Below, one piece after another: positions 9,172 to 20,038 of a stretch of 64,000 bases of DNA. The stretch covers positions 1,735 through 65,734 of the forward strand of contig DCAF01000008.1 in NCBI GenBank assembly GCA_002311915.1. Reading direction: 5' to 3'. The DNA is from Sulfurovum sp. UBA1140 (GTDB lineage Bacteria > Campylobacterota > Campylobacteria > Campylobacterales > Sulfurovaceae). Both the position numbers and the translations under genes were made by a program. Numbering within the stretch: position 1 is the stretch's first letter; each line of letters opens with the position of its first letter. The notes beneath the pieces were generated by a model. That model made no database searches. It was given only the letters and a program-made list of their open reading frames with translations, and had not been told where the DNA came from.

Positions 9172-10992
9172 TTATATAATTTTTTTCGCCAACTGTGCAG
9201 GTAGAATCCCTAACGACTCCTCGACGAGTGTGGTGTTTCCATGGGTAATAAAGTCATCTTTATACTCAAAGGTGGTCAGTTGAACATCGTTAATCTTGGC
9301 ATCACTTAAAAACTCTAAGAGTGCTGAACCGACTCCCCCCATTTTGACGCTATCACTAAAGACGAACCACTTTTTATGGGTTTTTGCCAACTCTACAAGT
9401 CGGTTGGTGTCTAAAGGTTTTACAAAACGTAAATCTAAAATGGTTGGGGTTAAGTCTAAAAGCTTGGCTGTCTCTATGGCTCGACCGACTCCATTCCCAT
9501 AGCCAATAAGTAGGGTCTCTGAACCCTCTTGAATGGTGTCTGATTTACCCAGTTCAAATTCAGATGAGAGGCTCTCTTCTGATCTAAAGGCTCCTCTTGG
9601 GTATCTAAAGGCACAGGGTGTTGGAAAATCTTTGGCAAATCTCATTGCTTTAACCATGGTCTCATTCGAGGATGGGGCAAAGATGGTCATATTGGGGATG
9701 ACTCTTAAAAACGAGATGTCAAATACCCCTTGATGGGTCTCTCCATCCTCTCCTACTAAACCTGCTCGGTCAATGGCAAATACCACGCCCAAGTTCATTA
9801 AACAGATGTCATGAATCACTTGGTCGTAGCCCCGTTGTAAAAAGGTAGAGTAGAGGGTACAGAAGGGTTTAAATCCCTCTTTGGCTAAAGGTCCCATCGA
9901 GGTTACGGCGTGTTGTTCGGCAATGGCAACATCCCAAAATCGTTCAGGGTACTTTTTCATTACGGCACTCATTCCTGTACCACTTGGCATTGCTGCGGTG
10001 ACCCCGACTACTCTGTTATCTTCATCTGCTAAAGTTACGAGTGTTTCAGAAAAGATGGCTGTTGAGGCTTTTGGGGCAGTTTTTTTAACCGAATCTCCTG
10101 TGGTTAAATCAAAAGATCCAACCCCATGCCAATGCTCTTTTCCTACGCCTTCGGCGACTTGATACCCTTTTCCTTTGGTGGTTTGAACATGAATAATAAC
10201 AGGTCGTTTCATTGCTTTGGCAATTTTTAGGGTCTCGATTAAAGAGGCGATGTTGTGTCCATCAATGGGTCCAATGTATTCTAGTCCTAGCTCTTCAAAA
10301 AGAATCCCAGGGGTAATAAGATGAAATGACTCTTCGACTCTTTTTGCCATATAGGTAGCACTCTCGGGTAGAGACTCTAAAAGCTCTTTGGTTTTAGATT
10401 TAAACTTTTGATAAAAAGGAGAAGCCATGGTTTGAGAGAGAATTCGACTTAATGCTCCAATGGGTGAAGCGATGCTCATCTCGTTGTCATTTAGAATAAT
10501 AATGGCTGGATATTTGCGATCGCCTAGTTCATTCATTGCTTCATAAACCATACCTGCACTCATGCTTCCATCACCAATAAAGGCTAACGGAATACGTTCA
10601 CCCTCTTCACCATTTAAGCCAATCGCTTTGGCAGCCCCTGTGGCTAACGAGATAGAAGTTGAGCTGTGTCCTGCCATGTAGTAGTCATTGTCTGACTCTT
10701 TGGGTTTGGTGTATCCACTTAACCCATTAAATTGACGTAGGGTATCAAACTCGTCCCATCGGTCGGTTACCAGTTTATGGGCATAAGATTGATGAGAGAC
10801 ATCAAAAATAAAAGGGTTCTTTTTAGAGTCAAAAACAGCGTGCATCGCCACAATAATATCGGTAGCACCCAGTGTTGAGCTTAGATGTCCCCCATTTTTA
10901 CTCACCACCTCGAGTATTCTCTGTCTCACTTTGTCGGCAATTGCTTCAAGCTCTTCTATACTTTTTGTTGTTAAATCTCCAAACTTATTCAA
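9172..10992 (-). CDS. dxs: 1-deoxy-D-xylulose-5-phosphate synthase
   Basis: [45 protein letters not shown] and GEDGETHQG motifs. Confidence 0.98.
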   Translation of the reverse strand: MNKFGDLTTKSIEELEAIADKVRQRILEVVSKNGGHLSSTLGATDIIVAMHAVFDSKKNPFIFDVSHQSYAHKLVTDRWDEFDTLRQFNGLSGYTKPKESDNDYYMAGHSSTSISLATGAAKAIGLNGEEGERIPLAFIGDGSMSAGMVYEAMNELGDRKYPAIIILNDNEMSIASPIGALSRILSQTMASPFYQKFKSKTKELLESLPESATYMAKRVEESFHLITPGILFEELGLEYIGPIDGHNIASLIETLKIAKAMKRPVIIHVQTTKGKGYQVAEGVGKEHWHGVGSFDLTTGDSVKKTAPKASTAIFSETLVTLADEDNRVVGVTAAMPSGTGMSAVMKKYPERFWDVAIAEQHAVTSMGPLAKEGFKPFCTLYSTFLQRGYDQVIHDICLMNLGVVFAIDRAGLVGEDGETHQGVFDISFLRVIPNMTIFAPSSNETMVKAMRFAKDFPTPCAFRYPRGAFRSEESLSSEFELGKSDTIQEGSETLLIGYGNGVGRAIETAKLLDLTPTILDLRFVKPLDTNRLVELAKTHKKWFVFSDSVKMGGVGSALLEFLSDAKINDVQLTTFEYKDDFITHGNTTLVEESLGILPAQLAKKII

Positions 10993-12083
10993 GTGGCAAC
11001 CTTTTTAAATATTTCAAAAAATCTATCATTTTGTTTAGGGGTTCCAATGGTAATACGTACGGCATTCATGCCATAAGATGCTAAATTGCGAATAATCACT
11101 CCCTCTTTAAGAAGGGCATCTGAAATATGGGTAGAGTTCATGCTATCGTCAAAAAGATAGGTAATAAAGTTGGTATAACTCTCGATATACTCAAACCCAT
11201 GGGCTTTAGCAAAAGCTTCATAACGTACAATCTCTTGGGTATGTAGGGCAATAGACTCTTCTACAAACTCCTCATCTTTACACGCTTCAATACCAGCAAC
11301 CAAAGAGAGGGTTGAGATATTAAAAGGTGGACGCATCTTATAGAGTTCATGAATTAATGGAGCATTGGCAATACCATATCCAACCCGCATACCACCCAAA
11401 CCATACGCTTTAGAGAAGGTTCCTAGATAGATAACATTTTCAAAACCGATAAGGTCATTGGGGGTAATACGATAGGCTTCATCTTTGGCGATGGCATACT
11501 CCATATAGGCTCCATCTACCACCACTAAGGTCTCTTGGCTCACTGCATTGATAATCGCTAGAACATCCTCTTTGGTTGTGGCATCACCTGTAGGATTATT
11601 GGGAGTACAGAGATAGATAATTTTAGGTTGGTGTTTGTTGTAGGCTTCAATAAACTCATCAACTTTATGCTGATAGCTTGGGGTTCTAATAATTTTAGCA
11701 CCCATCTGTTTGGCATAAATCTCATACATGGCAAAGGTAACCTTAGACATAAGTACCGAATCATTCTCTTGCAATATAGCCCGTGCAATAAACTCTAAAA
11801 CTTGGTCACTTCCTGCACCAATAATAATGTTGTTATCTTGGACATCAAAGCGACTTGAGAGGGCAGATTTTAGTTCATAAAAGCTATCATCAGGGTAAAG
11901 AAACGCTTTGTGTGCATTGTTGGCAATCGCCTTAGCTACTTTTGGACTGCACCCTTTAGGGTTTTCATTGGATGCCAATTTAACGACATGCTCAGGGGCA
12001 ATACCAAACTCTCTAACCACGAGTTCAATAGGCTTACCCGCCTCATAAGTTTTTATATCTTTTAACGCATTGTTGAATTGCAT
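10989..12083 (-). CDS. hisC: Histidinol-phosphate aminotransferase
   Basis: [19 protein letters not shown] and [14 protein letters not shown] motifs. Start MQFNN at 12083. Confidence 0.95.
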   Translation of the reverse strand: MQFNNALKDIKTYEAGKPIELVVREFGIAPEHVVKLASNENPKGCSPKVAKAIANNAHKAFLYPDDSFYELKSALSSRFDVQDNNIIIGAGSDQVLEFIARAILQENDSVLMSKVTFAMYEIYAKQMGAKIIRTPSYQHKVDEFIEAYNKHQPKIIYLCTPNNPTGDATTKEDVLAIINAVSQETLVVVDGAYMEYAIAKDEAYRITPNDLIGFENVIYLGTFSKAYGLGGMRVGYGIANAPLIHELYKMRPPFNISTLSLVAGIEACKDEEFVEESIALHTQEIVRYEAFAKAHGFEYIESYTNFITYLFDDSMNSTHISDALLKEGVIIRNLASYGMNAVRITIGTPKQNDRFFEIFKKVAT

Positions 12084-12096
12084 AGGATTCCCTTTT

Positions 12097-13155
12097 TTAA
12101 ATATCGTCACTCTCTTTAACATAAGAGCCTAATATTTTTATAATGCTCTTATGTTTTTGAATAATTTGTTGGATATGTACATCATCTTTGTGTCCACTAA
12201 ACTCAATAAAAAAGATAGATACCCCCTCTACAATATGTGATTTAATTTTGGTTAAATTCACATGGAACTTTTCAAAATCATTTAAGAACTCTACCAATGC
12301 CCCAGGGGTATTGGGTAGACGAACCAACATGGATGTTTTGTCTGTTCCTGAAGGGAGGTTATCAAAGTCACTTACAATAAAAAATCGTGTTTTATTGTTG
12401 GCGTAATCTTCTATATTTTGAAACAAAATAGGAAGGTTGTACATTTTTGCAGCAACATCGGCACAAATAGCAGCTGATCCTTCCTCTTTTCTTGCCAGTT
12501 TTGCAGCCTTGGCAGTTGATTCTACAGGAATCTGTTCAATCTCATCGAGTTCACAATCTTCTAAAAACTTCTGACACTGACCAAAAGCAATATCTTTTGA
12601 GTAGATTCTTTTTATCTCTTTCACATCATTACAGGTGGTTGCTAAGGTGTGATGAATATCTACAAAAACTTCGGCAATAATTTTTAGATTGTAATCGTTT
12701 AGGCAGTTGATGGTATCACTTACAATTCCATTAGAGCTGTTCTCGATAGGGATAACTCCAAACTTGGCAGTGCCTCTGCTCACCTCTCTAAAGACCCCTT
12801 TAATAGAACCAATCGAAAGATAAGCACTCATGGCACCAAATTTACTCTCGGCTGCTTGGTGAGTAAAACTTGCCTCGGGTCCTAAATAGGCGATGCGTTC
12901 AGGAAGTTCAAGATTTCTAGCCACGGCAAACATCTCTAAAAAGAGTGCATCAATGGCATCATTGGTTAGCTTTCCTTGGTTTTGTTCTTTTAGACGGGTT
13001 AAGATAGATTGCTCTCTCTCTGGACGATAGATGGGTGCACCCGTTGTCTTTTTTAACTCTCCTACCTGATGGACAAACTCCATACGTTGGTTATAGAGCT
13101 TTAGTAGTGTGTCATCTATGGTATCAATTTCAATGCGTAACTCATCTAGTGTCAT
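12097..13155 (-). CDS. pheA: Chorismate mutase / prephenate dehydratase (P-protein)
   Basis: N-terminal CM domain ([15 protein letters not shown]), [21 protein letters not shown], and an ACT domain. Confidence 0.95.
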   Translation of the reverse strand: MTLDELRIEIDTIDDTLLKLYNQRMEFVHQVGELKKTTGAPIYRPEREQSILTRLKEQNQGKLTNDAIDALFLEMFAVARNLELPERIAYLGPEASFTHQAAESKFGAMSAYLSIGSIKGVFREVSRGTAKFGVIPIENSSNGIVSDTINCLNDYNLKIIAEVFVDIHHTLATTCNDVKEIKRIYSKDIAFGQCQKFLEDCELDEIEQIPVESTAKAAKLARKEEGSAAICADVAAKMYNLPILFQNIEDYANNKTRFFIVSDFDNLPSGTDKTSMLVRLPNTPGALVEFLNDFEKFHVNLTKIKSHIVEGVSIFFIEFSGHKDDVHIQQIIQKHKSIIKILGSYVKESDDI

Positions 13156-13192
13156 TGTCTCTCCTTCAATTTATGCTTGGTAAAACTGTTTT

Positions 13193-13373
13193 GGAAACGG
13201 AGAGTTTACTCCAATGCCAATGAATTAGCGAGGCTGAAGCCATCGGTTCCGACTATGCCATCTGCATTTTCGGAATCGGCGTGTTTACACCCGAACTATT
13301 TGTTTCAAAAAAAGCTTAATTCATTGGCATTAGAGTTTACTCCCGAACAACGGAGGCAGAGCTTTCCAATTCC
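13193..13373. repeat. Composite nested REP-like element: a type A unit interrupted by a 15-bp inverted-repeat-bounded insert carrying type C
   Basis: The flanks match revcomp 61301-61350 at 46/50. Direct repeat AGAGTTTACTCC at 13201-13212 and 13332-13343. Perfect inverted repeat at 13213-13227 / 13317-13331. Confidence 0.9.
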
Positions 13374-13389
13374 TAGTTCTACAATATAT

Positions 13390-14610
13390 CTATCCTTGCC
13401 AACTCGTATCACACGCCTCTTCTAAGCGTATTAGATCTTCAAAACTCTCTCGTTGACGAATAAGATAATCTTTGCCATCTAAAATAGCCACCTCAGCAGA
13501 TCTTCCACGGGTGTTATAATTACTCGACATGGTAAACCCGTAGGCTCCTGCACTCTGTACAACTAAAATATCGTTGTGTTCCATCATTGGCAAAGGCACA
13601 TCTTTTCCTAAAAAATCACCACTTTCACAAACAGGACCCACCACATCAGCAAGGGTGGTCTCTCCTTCTTTTTGAATCGCTTCAATTTTATGATAGGCGT
13701 TGTAGAGGCTAGGGCGAAGTAGGTCATTCATGGCTCCATCAACAATAACAAATCTTTTTGTTCCATTCTTTTTCTCGTACAGCACTTTGGTTAAAAATAT
13801 ACCTGAGTTTGCCATTAAATATCGCCCTGGTTCTAAGAGAATGGTAACATCTAACCCTTTAATGGTCTGTGTAATGGCATGTGCATAAGCTTCGGGGGTG
13901 ATCATGATTTCATCATTGTAAGTAACCCCTAATCCACCACCAATATCAAAGAATTTAATCTTAATATCTAGGGCTTGAAGTGAGCGTACCAAGTCAGCAA
14001 CTATGGCACACGCTTCTTGAATAGGAGCCAATTGGGTTAATTGTGAACCGATATGAAAGTGAATGCCTATCGAGTTGAGGTATTCAGACTTTTTAGCATA
14101 AATATACATGCGTTTGGCACTCTGGATACTCACCCCAAACTTGTTCTCATGAAGTCCTGTCGAGATATACCGGTGGGTTTTAGGGTCAACATCAGGGTTA
14201 ACACGAATAGAGATACGTGCTTGAATATTTAAGCTTTTAGCTATCATCTCAACCCGTTTCATCTCGGCTTCACTCTCTAGGTTAATAAGTAGAATTCCTG
14301 CTTGGAGTGCTTGACGTATTTCGTCATCTTTTTTACCCACACCTGAAAAGATAATTTTATATTTACTAACCCCTGCTTTTAATGCCCGTTGAACCTCACC
14401 AATGCTCACACAGTCTGCTCCTGCACCCAGTTTTGCCAAGTGGCGAATAACTGCCAAGTTAGAGTTAGATTTTACTGCATATGCTACCAGTGATTTCTTT
14501 CCATTAAAAGCACCCTTTAGCTCTTCATATTGTTTGGTTATCTTATCAAAATCATATACATAGAGAGGCGTATTGTATCTGTTTGCCAGTGTTTTTATAT
14601 CTAAACTCAT
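13390..14610 (-). CDS. lysA: Diaminopimelate decarboxylase
   Basis: YAVKSN, HFHIGSQ, DIGGGLG, EPGR and GPVCESGD motifs. Confidence 0.97.
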   Translation of the reverse strand: MSLDIKTLANRYNTPLYVYDFDKITKQYEELKGAFNGKKSLVAYAVKSNSNLAVIRHLAKLGAGADCVSIGEVQRALKAGVSKYKIIFSGVGKKDDEIRQALQAGILLINLESEAEMKRVEMIAKSLNIQARISIRVNPDVDPKTHRYISTGLHENKFGVSIQSAKRMYIYAKKSEYLNSIGIHFHIGSQLTQLAPIQEACAIVADLVRSLQALDIKIKFFDIGGGLGVTYNDEIMITPEAYAHAITQTIKGLDVTILLEPGRYLMANSGIFLTKVLYEKKNGTKRFVIVDGAMNDLLRPSLYNAYHKIEAIQKEGETTLADVVGPVCESGDFLGKDVPLPMMEHNDILVVQSAGAYGFTMSSNYNTRGRSAEVAILDGKDYLIRQRESFEDLIRLEEACDTSWQG

Positions 14611-14691
14611 TTTAGTACTGTCCTAATCATTGTTATTGGTCGCGATTTTATCTAAAATTTGGTTATAGGTTGGTGAGTGAAGAGGAGAAGC

Positions 14692-16098
14692 CTACTTTAA
14701 CAGATTAGAAAAGCTCTCTAAAATAACCTTTCTATACTCTTCTATTATCTCTTCATTACACTTATCTTTGTTTCTTAATTTTAGATGCAATTTTTCAAGT
14801 TTTTTTCGCATCTCACTGTCAATTAGCTGTTCGGTGTAAGAGGCTTCATTTTCTAGTACCACACTGTTGCGTAAGGCATGAGAACGTTTGGCAATGACCG
14901 AGGCATGAAACAGTGCGCGTCCTAGTAAAATATAGGGAAAATTAATATTTTGCATGGGACCAATGGTGAGTTGTCGATGACCAATATTTTTACCCATTAC
15001 TTTAACTTCATAGAGGTTGTTAAACCCCAACATGGCACCAATACCACCCACGGTTCCACCAATAATAGAGCCTAGAAAAAAGGTTCCACCACCAAGGGCT
15101 AGGTCAATGCCAAGCCCCCCGATGGCACCTGCTGATGCTCCTGTTATCATTAATGCTTTTTGACTCAGCCCAAAGATAGAAGCACTCTCTTTCGAGAAGA
15201 GTCCCACGTCGTCGAGTACCAAAGCATTTTCTACTTTGTCAATACTTCGATGATTCCATATCTGTTCAATATTTTTTTCACGCTCTTTTTCATAATTGAC
15301 AATCTGCTGTTGATAGGCAGTCTGAGAAGATGATTTCTCTTTTTTGGTTGCAGATTCCCCTTTGATATCTTTACTATAAACAAAGGTGAGTGACTTCTGC
15401 ATACTCTCGACGATGGTATCAACGCTTTGATCTATCTTCTGTTGGTGTAGCCCATTTAAGACATCAATGGCAACTTTAATCGGCTGTGTCCACTCCTCTT
15501 TAAGTTGTGCCATGCTCTCTAGTAAATCCATATGGTTATTAAAGGTGGCTTCAATAGGATTAAAGGTTCTTACCAGTCTAAAGTAGTGTCCTAATGCACG
15601 TTTCCACTGTTCTGTGTAGTCTTCATTTCCTATAAGATTGAGTATTGCCATCGAGGGTTGACCCGTTCGTCTTAAAATCTCCATCTCAATTTCATACTCT
15701 GCCCCATAAGGTTTAGAGGCATCAACCACATAGATAATACCTGCACCCTCCATAATGGGTTCAAGCAGTTCAATCTCATCTCTAAAGCGTGGGTCATCAC
15801 GATGTTTGGCAATGAAAATTTTAAGCAGATCGGCACGTCTGTCTGCTGGTACTGATTCTTGCTCTTCTAGCCACCCCAAGACCCTTCTTGCCCGTTGAAA
15901 ACCAGGGGTATCAAAGAGTTCATAAATAATTTTACCATCAACTTTAAGAGGGAAACCCCTTTTGACCTGTGTGGTTCCAGGGGTGTCTCCTATCTGTACC
16001 GAATCATCGAGTGCCAATGAAGAGACAATACTGCTCTTTCCTTTATTGGGGTGTCCCACCACTGCAAATTTAGGATAATTTTTACTGTTCTGCATCAT
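14692..16098 (-). CDS. P-loop GTPase with a C-terminal glycine-zipper/TM region (DUF3482-type)
   Basis: G1 GHPNKGKSS, G2 TPGTT, G3 DTPG, and hydrophobic GASAGAIGGLGIDLALGG..GGTVGGIGA. Confidence 0.8.
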   Translation of the reverse strand: MMQNSKNYPKFAVVGHPNKGKSSIVSSLALDDSVQIGDTPGTTQVKRGFPLKVDGKIIYELFDTPGFQRARRVLGWLEEQESVPADRRADLLKIFIAKHRDDPRFRDEIELLEPIMEGAGIIYVVDASKPYGAEYEIEMEILRRTGQPSMAILNLIGNEDYTEQWKRALGHYFRLVRTFNPIEATFNNHMDLLESMAQLKEEWTQPIKVAIDVLNGLHQQKIDQSVDTIVESMQKSLTFVYSKDIKGESATKKEKSSSQTAYQQQIVNYEKEREKNIEQIWNHRSIDKVENALVLDDVGLFSKESASIFGLSQKALMITGASAGAIGGLGIDLALGGGTFFLGSIIGGTVGGIGAMLGFNNLYEVKVMGKNIGHRQLTIGPMQNINFPYILLGRALFHASVIAKRSHALRNSVVLENEASYTEQLIDSEMRKKLEKLHLKLRNKDKCNEEIIEEYRKVILESFSNLLK

Positions 16099-17503
16099 CT
16101 ACTACCCATACCCTTTCTACTTTAAGTGCTTGAATTTTTCGTTTCCATACGGCAATGTCTTTGGCATCGCTTTCATAATATCGCCCTACCGTACCCAGTG
16201 GGTAGAGTTGAATCTCATCAATTTCATCATTATCAATAAGCATCTCTAAGAAGTCAACAAAATCCATGGTTGGTGGCTCCCATGATTTAACATAGAGTAG
16301 AACGGTTCCATCAATGCTGTTGGCTATCTGTTCATCTTCTCTGAAACTGTGCCTTCCACCTACAGTCTCTACCGAGAGACCCTCTATTGATTTACTGTCA
16401 TTTGCCAGTTGCATCTCACTACTAGAGTAGTTCCAACCTATAATATGGGGGTATCCTTGATGGGGAGTTTCTGTTATCTGCTCTTCTGTCTCTGGAATAA
16501 TCTCTAAATGCTTCTCAATTTTAGGAGATTTGGTTGAGACATAGGGAGTAGTAAACTCTTTAATAAGTCTTTGAGCACCCTTTAGGGCTAAAAAATCTCT
16601 GTTGAGTTGTCGTTGATACCCATAACGGCTAAATATCCATACAATAAAACGTAAAAAAATAGCATAGACTAGGGTTGTCATGGCTAAAAATTGCCACCAA
16701 GCCCCCAATTTATTGGCATTGTGTATCATTTCGTTGTCCAATCTTTCGCCCAATCTAAAGTAGTGACTAATTTCGACCAGTTCGAGAGAAGGAATGGCAT
16801 TGGGCATTAACGATTGCCAAGTAAAACCAATAGATGCCAAGAGGGTTTGAAATGACTCATCCGAAATCTGAAGGGTGGTACTCCATCCAAATGCAATATC
16901 TTTGGCCATTACCATTAAAATAAGTGCCATGAGTAGCCCAAAAGAGAAGAGCAGAGAGAAGAGTTGAATTCGATGTAAAAACATCCATTTTGTTAATGAG
17001 GAAGAGAGCTTAATCTCTGAGAGTTCTATTTTATTATCAAAGGGGAGAAATTCAACAAATTTTTCTATCCAATGTAAGGGGAAAAAAAGGTTGAAAAATC
17101 GGCTCAATAGACCATCACTTATCATTGAAAGTGTCGAGAGTAAGAGACTAACAACAGGGAGTACCATGGCGACCAAAAGATAGTAAATAATGTTGACAGG
17201 TTCATGACCACTATAGCTAAGTAGCCCAATACCCGTTAAAAAGCCAACAAGTAAAAAGATAAAGGCTAAAACAGTGCTAATGGTCAAGAAATGCGTTAAA
17301 AATGTCTCTGATTTTAGATGACTGGTAACTCTAAAACGGTTTTTGTTTAACCAAAGATAAAGCAGGGTTAAGGGGTCGTTCTTAAACGCTTCATGTTGTA
17401 GAGCAAAGGTGCGATTTTCTTCGTGATTTCCCTTGTACTCCTCTAACAGTTGAGAGAGGTCAAGGTACGATTTAATGGATAGTTGGGTATTCTTTGTCTG
17501 CAT
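16082..17503 (-). CDS. Multi-pass membrane protein, DUF2868-like
   Basis: About four TM helices, LSYSGHEPVNI, F.WSTTL and WWQFLAM..YAIFLR motifs. Overlaps the GTPase start. Confidence 0.75.
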   Translation of the reverse strand: MQTKNTQLSIKSYLDLSQLLEEYKGNHEENRTFALQHEAFKNDPLTLLYLWLNKNRFRVTSHLKSETFLTHFLTISTVLAFIFLLVGFLTGIGLLSYSGHEPVNIIYYLLVAMVLPVVSLLLSTLSMISDGLLSRFFNLFFPLHWIEKFVEFLPFDNKIELSEIKLSSSLTKWMFLHRIQLFSLLFSFGLLMALILMVMAKDIAFGWSTTLQISDESFQTLLASIGFTWQSLMPNAIPSLELVEISHYFRLGERLDNEMIHNANKLGAWWQFLAMTTLVYAIFLRFIVWIFSRYGYQRQLNRDFLALKGAQRLIKEFTTPYVSTKSPKIEKHLEIIPETEEQITETPHQGYPHIIGWNYSSSEMQLANDSKSIEGLSVETVGGRHSFREDEQIANSIDGTVLLYVKSWEPPTMDFVDFLEMLIDNDEIDEIQLYPLGTVGRYYESDAKDIAVWKRKIQALKVERVWVVDDAEQ

Positions 17504-17586
17504 AGATGACTTTGTATTTTTTAGAAGATTATACGATGAATCTGCTTAATCTCTAAGGAAAAGGTTCATCTGTGAAAAAGTAGTAA

Positions 17587-18144
17587 TTAAAGTAACTCAA
17601 TATCCACAACTATTCTTCCTGGATTGGATAAATCAAACACTTTAACGTTAGCATTTGCTCTTAGTTTAATATGGAATTTATAACCATTTTCATCTGGATA
17701 GGTATCAAAATAGATTTTTTCAATAAGACTATTTCTTGAAAATTTTGGTATGGGTGCTGAAAATCCTTGGTAACCTTCTATAATCGCAGTAATGAGTCTT
17801 TGGTCAGGATGATAGATAAAATCATAGGTTCCTGCATGGTCAACCTTTTCTCCTAATGTTTCACTGTTGTAGTCCCATTGATAATTATCAAAAACCAAAC
17901 GGGTGGTATTTCCATTTTGGCTGACCCGAATGGTGCCAATATCAAGCCCCTCATTCACCTCATCTTTTACCTCTTTAACCTTCTCGTCTTCAATATACTC
18001 TTTTTTAATAGGTTTTGAACTCAATGGTATATCGTCGAGTGCTACTTTTGTAGTTGTATTGCTTTCAGAAGGTTCACCCTTATAGCCTGTTTCACAACCA
18101 TTAAAAAGAAAAATAATAGGTAGTAGTAAAAAAATAATTCGCAT
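17587..18144 (-). CDS. Lipoprotein with an AMIN-like domain
   Basis: Lipobox LFNGC, TRLVFD and C-terminal F.LSNPGRIVVDI. Start set at MRIIF (18144). Confidence 0.7.
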   Translation of the reverse strand: MRIIFLLLPIIFLFNGCETGYKGEPSESNTTTKVALDDIPLSSKPIKKEYIEDEKVKEVKDEVNEGLDIGTIRVSQNGNTTRLVFDNYQWDYNSETLGEKVDHAGTYDFIYHPDQRLITAIIEGYQGFSAPIPKFSRNSLIEKIYFDTYPDENGYKFHIKLRANANVKVFDLSNPGRIVVDIELL

Positions 18145-18257
18145 GGAGTTCCCTTTATATATAATAATTTTAATTATAGCTTTTTCTTTACTAAGATGCA
18201 AGAAATTAATTTAAAAAATTAAAAAATAACTATAAAAAATAGAGAGGTAGAGGGGAT

Positions 18258-18278
18258 TTCCAAAGAAAAACTTTGGAA
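18258..18278 (-). terminator. Probable intrinsic terminator hairpin
   Basis: TTCCAAAG-AAAAA-CTTTGGAA just downstream of the OMP stop codon. Confidence 0.5.
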
Positions 18279-18283
18279 GTTAC

Positions 18284-19015
18284 CTAAAAGTCGTAGGTAA
18301 CACCCACACTAACACTGTCTAAATCGGGGGTATCCTCTCTGGCAACGAGTCGTTCATAATCAATAAAAAGACCCACTCCTTTCTCTTGGTCGCCCATTCC
18401 ATCAAAATCTCGGGAGTAGCGAACATCTTTAACACTGTCTGTAGATAAATCAAATTCAAATCCTCCACCTAGTGCTAAACTTTCAGCTTCAATCTCTTGT
18501 GCATGACCCGAAGCAGATGTTTTGGCTACACCAATAAGGGCATAGATATTGGTGACATCACCAATGGGAATCATGGGTTTAATAAAAAGACCTATGTGGT
18601 CGATTTTGGCATCACTTACAATCGTTTTGATGACTCTGGCTTCAATCCCAATATATTGATTAAAATCATATCCAATTCGACCCATGATGGCACTAGCATT
18701 CTTTTTTGAAAGAGAATTGTTTTCTGAAGGAAGGCTTGATGAAACAGAGCAGTCACAGGCTTGGTCGTAGCGAATTCCTGAAATACCTAATGCAGTATAG
18801 AAACCATTAGAAGAGGCAATTTTTTTTGGGGTTGCTTTGACTATTTTTTTGATTTTAGGTTCTGTATAGATGGGTGTAGGAGGCTCTTCATAGGCTTTGA
18901 TGGCTAGATTTTCATCTTCAGTCTCATAAGAGGTGACTTCGGTAAACTCTCCTCCTGCATAACTTAAATTACCGAGAATAAATAGTGCTAAAATAGATAA
19001 ATGTATATTTTTCAT
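18284..19015 (-). CDS. Outer-membrane beta-barrel protein (OmpA-like/porin family)
   Basis: Signal peptide, amphipathic strands (GRIGYDFNQYIGIEAR), and terminal VGVTYDF. Confidence 0.8.
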   Translation of the reverse strand: MKNIHLSILALFILGNLSYAGGEFTEVTSYETEDENLAIKAYEEPPTPIYTEPKIKKIVKATPKKIASSNGFYTALGISGIRYDQACDCSVSSSLPSENNSLSKKNASAIMGRIGYDFNQYIGIEARVIKTIVSDAKIDHIGLFIKPMIPIGDVTNIYALIGVAKTSASGHAQEIEAESLALGGGFEFDLSTDSVKDVRYSRDFDGMGDQEKGVGLFIDYERLVAREDTPDLDSVSVGVTYDF

Positions 19016-19072
19016 CTCTTTCCTTTCGTCAACTAAAAAAATATTATTTAATTATTATATCTAAAAAAATAT

Positions 19073-19864
19073 TTATTTAACTTGTCTTGAATATTGAAAA
19101 TACTTTTTAATAGCATGAAAGAGTTGAATAACAATGAGTGCTACAGCACCAATAAAACCAAAGAGTAGAAGATACAACATATGTTCAATCAGATGAATAT
19201 CATGCCTGTAAATACCCTCTAGCATTAAAACAATGGCAGTGGTTCCAATAAATGTTAATATTTTATTGGCTCTGTTTGATGGGGAGATAAAGAGTCGAGT
19301 TAGGGTACTTAATGGTTTTTCTTTCTTCTCTTCTACTACTTCTATTAGTTGATATCCATGCATCTTTTTTAATCTAAGAACCAATGTATCATATTCAGAG
19401 TAGAGGGTATGGGAGTTTTTTCTTACTCTTCTAAGATAGGGGGTAAACTGTTTGTGGGTTTTAATAAAATATTTCCCCGAGAGTTCATTGAGTATATCAA
19501 TATTAAAAATATCATGTTTAACTCCTACTGCAAACTTATTGAGCAGACTTAGCATTTCTGAAACATCATGCCTTAAACTATTATCACTCATGATAATATC
19601 AATATCTGCTTCGCTGACATGGTCAAACATATCATTAATATTGAGTCTTTTTCGTACCTTTGATGTAATAATACGCAGATCTTTTCGTACCGTGGAGTAG
19701 GCGTTGAGTGTCATCTCGTTTTTCATACGCAGATGTTCTTTTTCGCTCTCTAGTCGTGTAAGGTAGAGTTGGTGCAGTACCAGCATTAAACCGACTATAC
19801 CAATAGGTATAGAGACAATATCTGCTACGTTGGCAAATGTATCTAAGTCCATGTATCCCCTCAT
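19073..19864 (-). CDS. DUF4760-like protein with an added C-terminal TM hairpin
   Basis: N-terminal TM helix, LNKFAVGVKHDIFNIDIL..L.G..FI..H..F.PY motif, and two C-terminal hydrophobic helices. Confidence 0.55.
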   Translation of the reverse strand: MRGYMDLDTFANVADIVSIPIGIVGLMLVLHQLYLTRLESEKEHLRMKNEMTLNAYSTVRKDLRIITSKVRKRLNINDMFDHVSEADIDIIMSDNSLRHDVSEMLSLLNKFAVGVKHDIFNIDILNELSGKYFIKTHKQFTPYLRRVRKNSHTLYSEYDTLVLRLKKMHGYQLIEVVEEKKEKPLSTLTRLFISPSNRANKILTFIGTTAIVLMLEGIYRHDIHLIEHMLYLLLFGFIGAVALIVIQLFHAIKKYFQYSRQVK

Positions 19865-20038
19865 GAATAATATTTATTGGAATATACACTAAATCGTAAA
19901 GCACACTCCTTAAAGCAATATAAAACAGAGGGATTGAAACCAAGAGTGTAACATTTGTTGATAAAATTTATGGATAGAGAAAATTTCTCTTAACTCTTGG
20001 TTTAAGATGTTAGAATGCTAAAAAAAGAGGATTTTTCC

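Noticed and set aside
6784-13373. Possible CRISPR array suggested by recurring ~23-30-nt palindromes
   Set aside because: The copies are dispersed, not tandem with unique spacers, and there are no cas genes.
13177-13425. 82-aa ORF spanning the pheA-lysA intergenic region
   Set aside because: It is antisense to both neighbours and made up of the nested palindromic repeat. It has no protein-like features and is most likely a by-product of the GC-rich repeat.
19635-19943. 102-aa minus-strand ORF in an alternative frame of the DUF4760-like gene
   Set aside because: It overlaps a better-supported CDS on the same strand and shows no recognisable motif.
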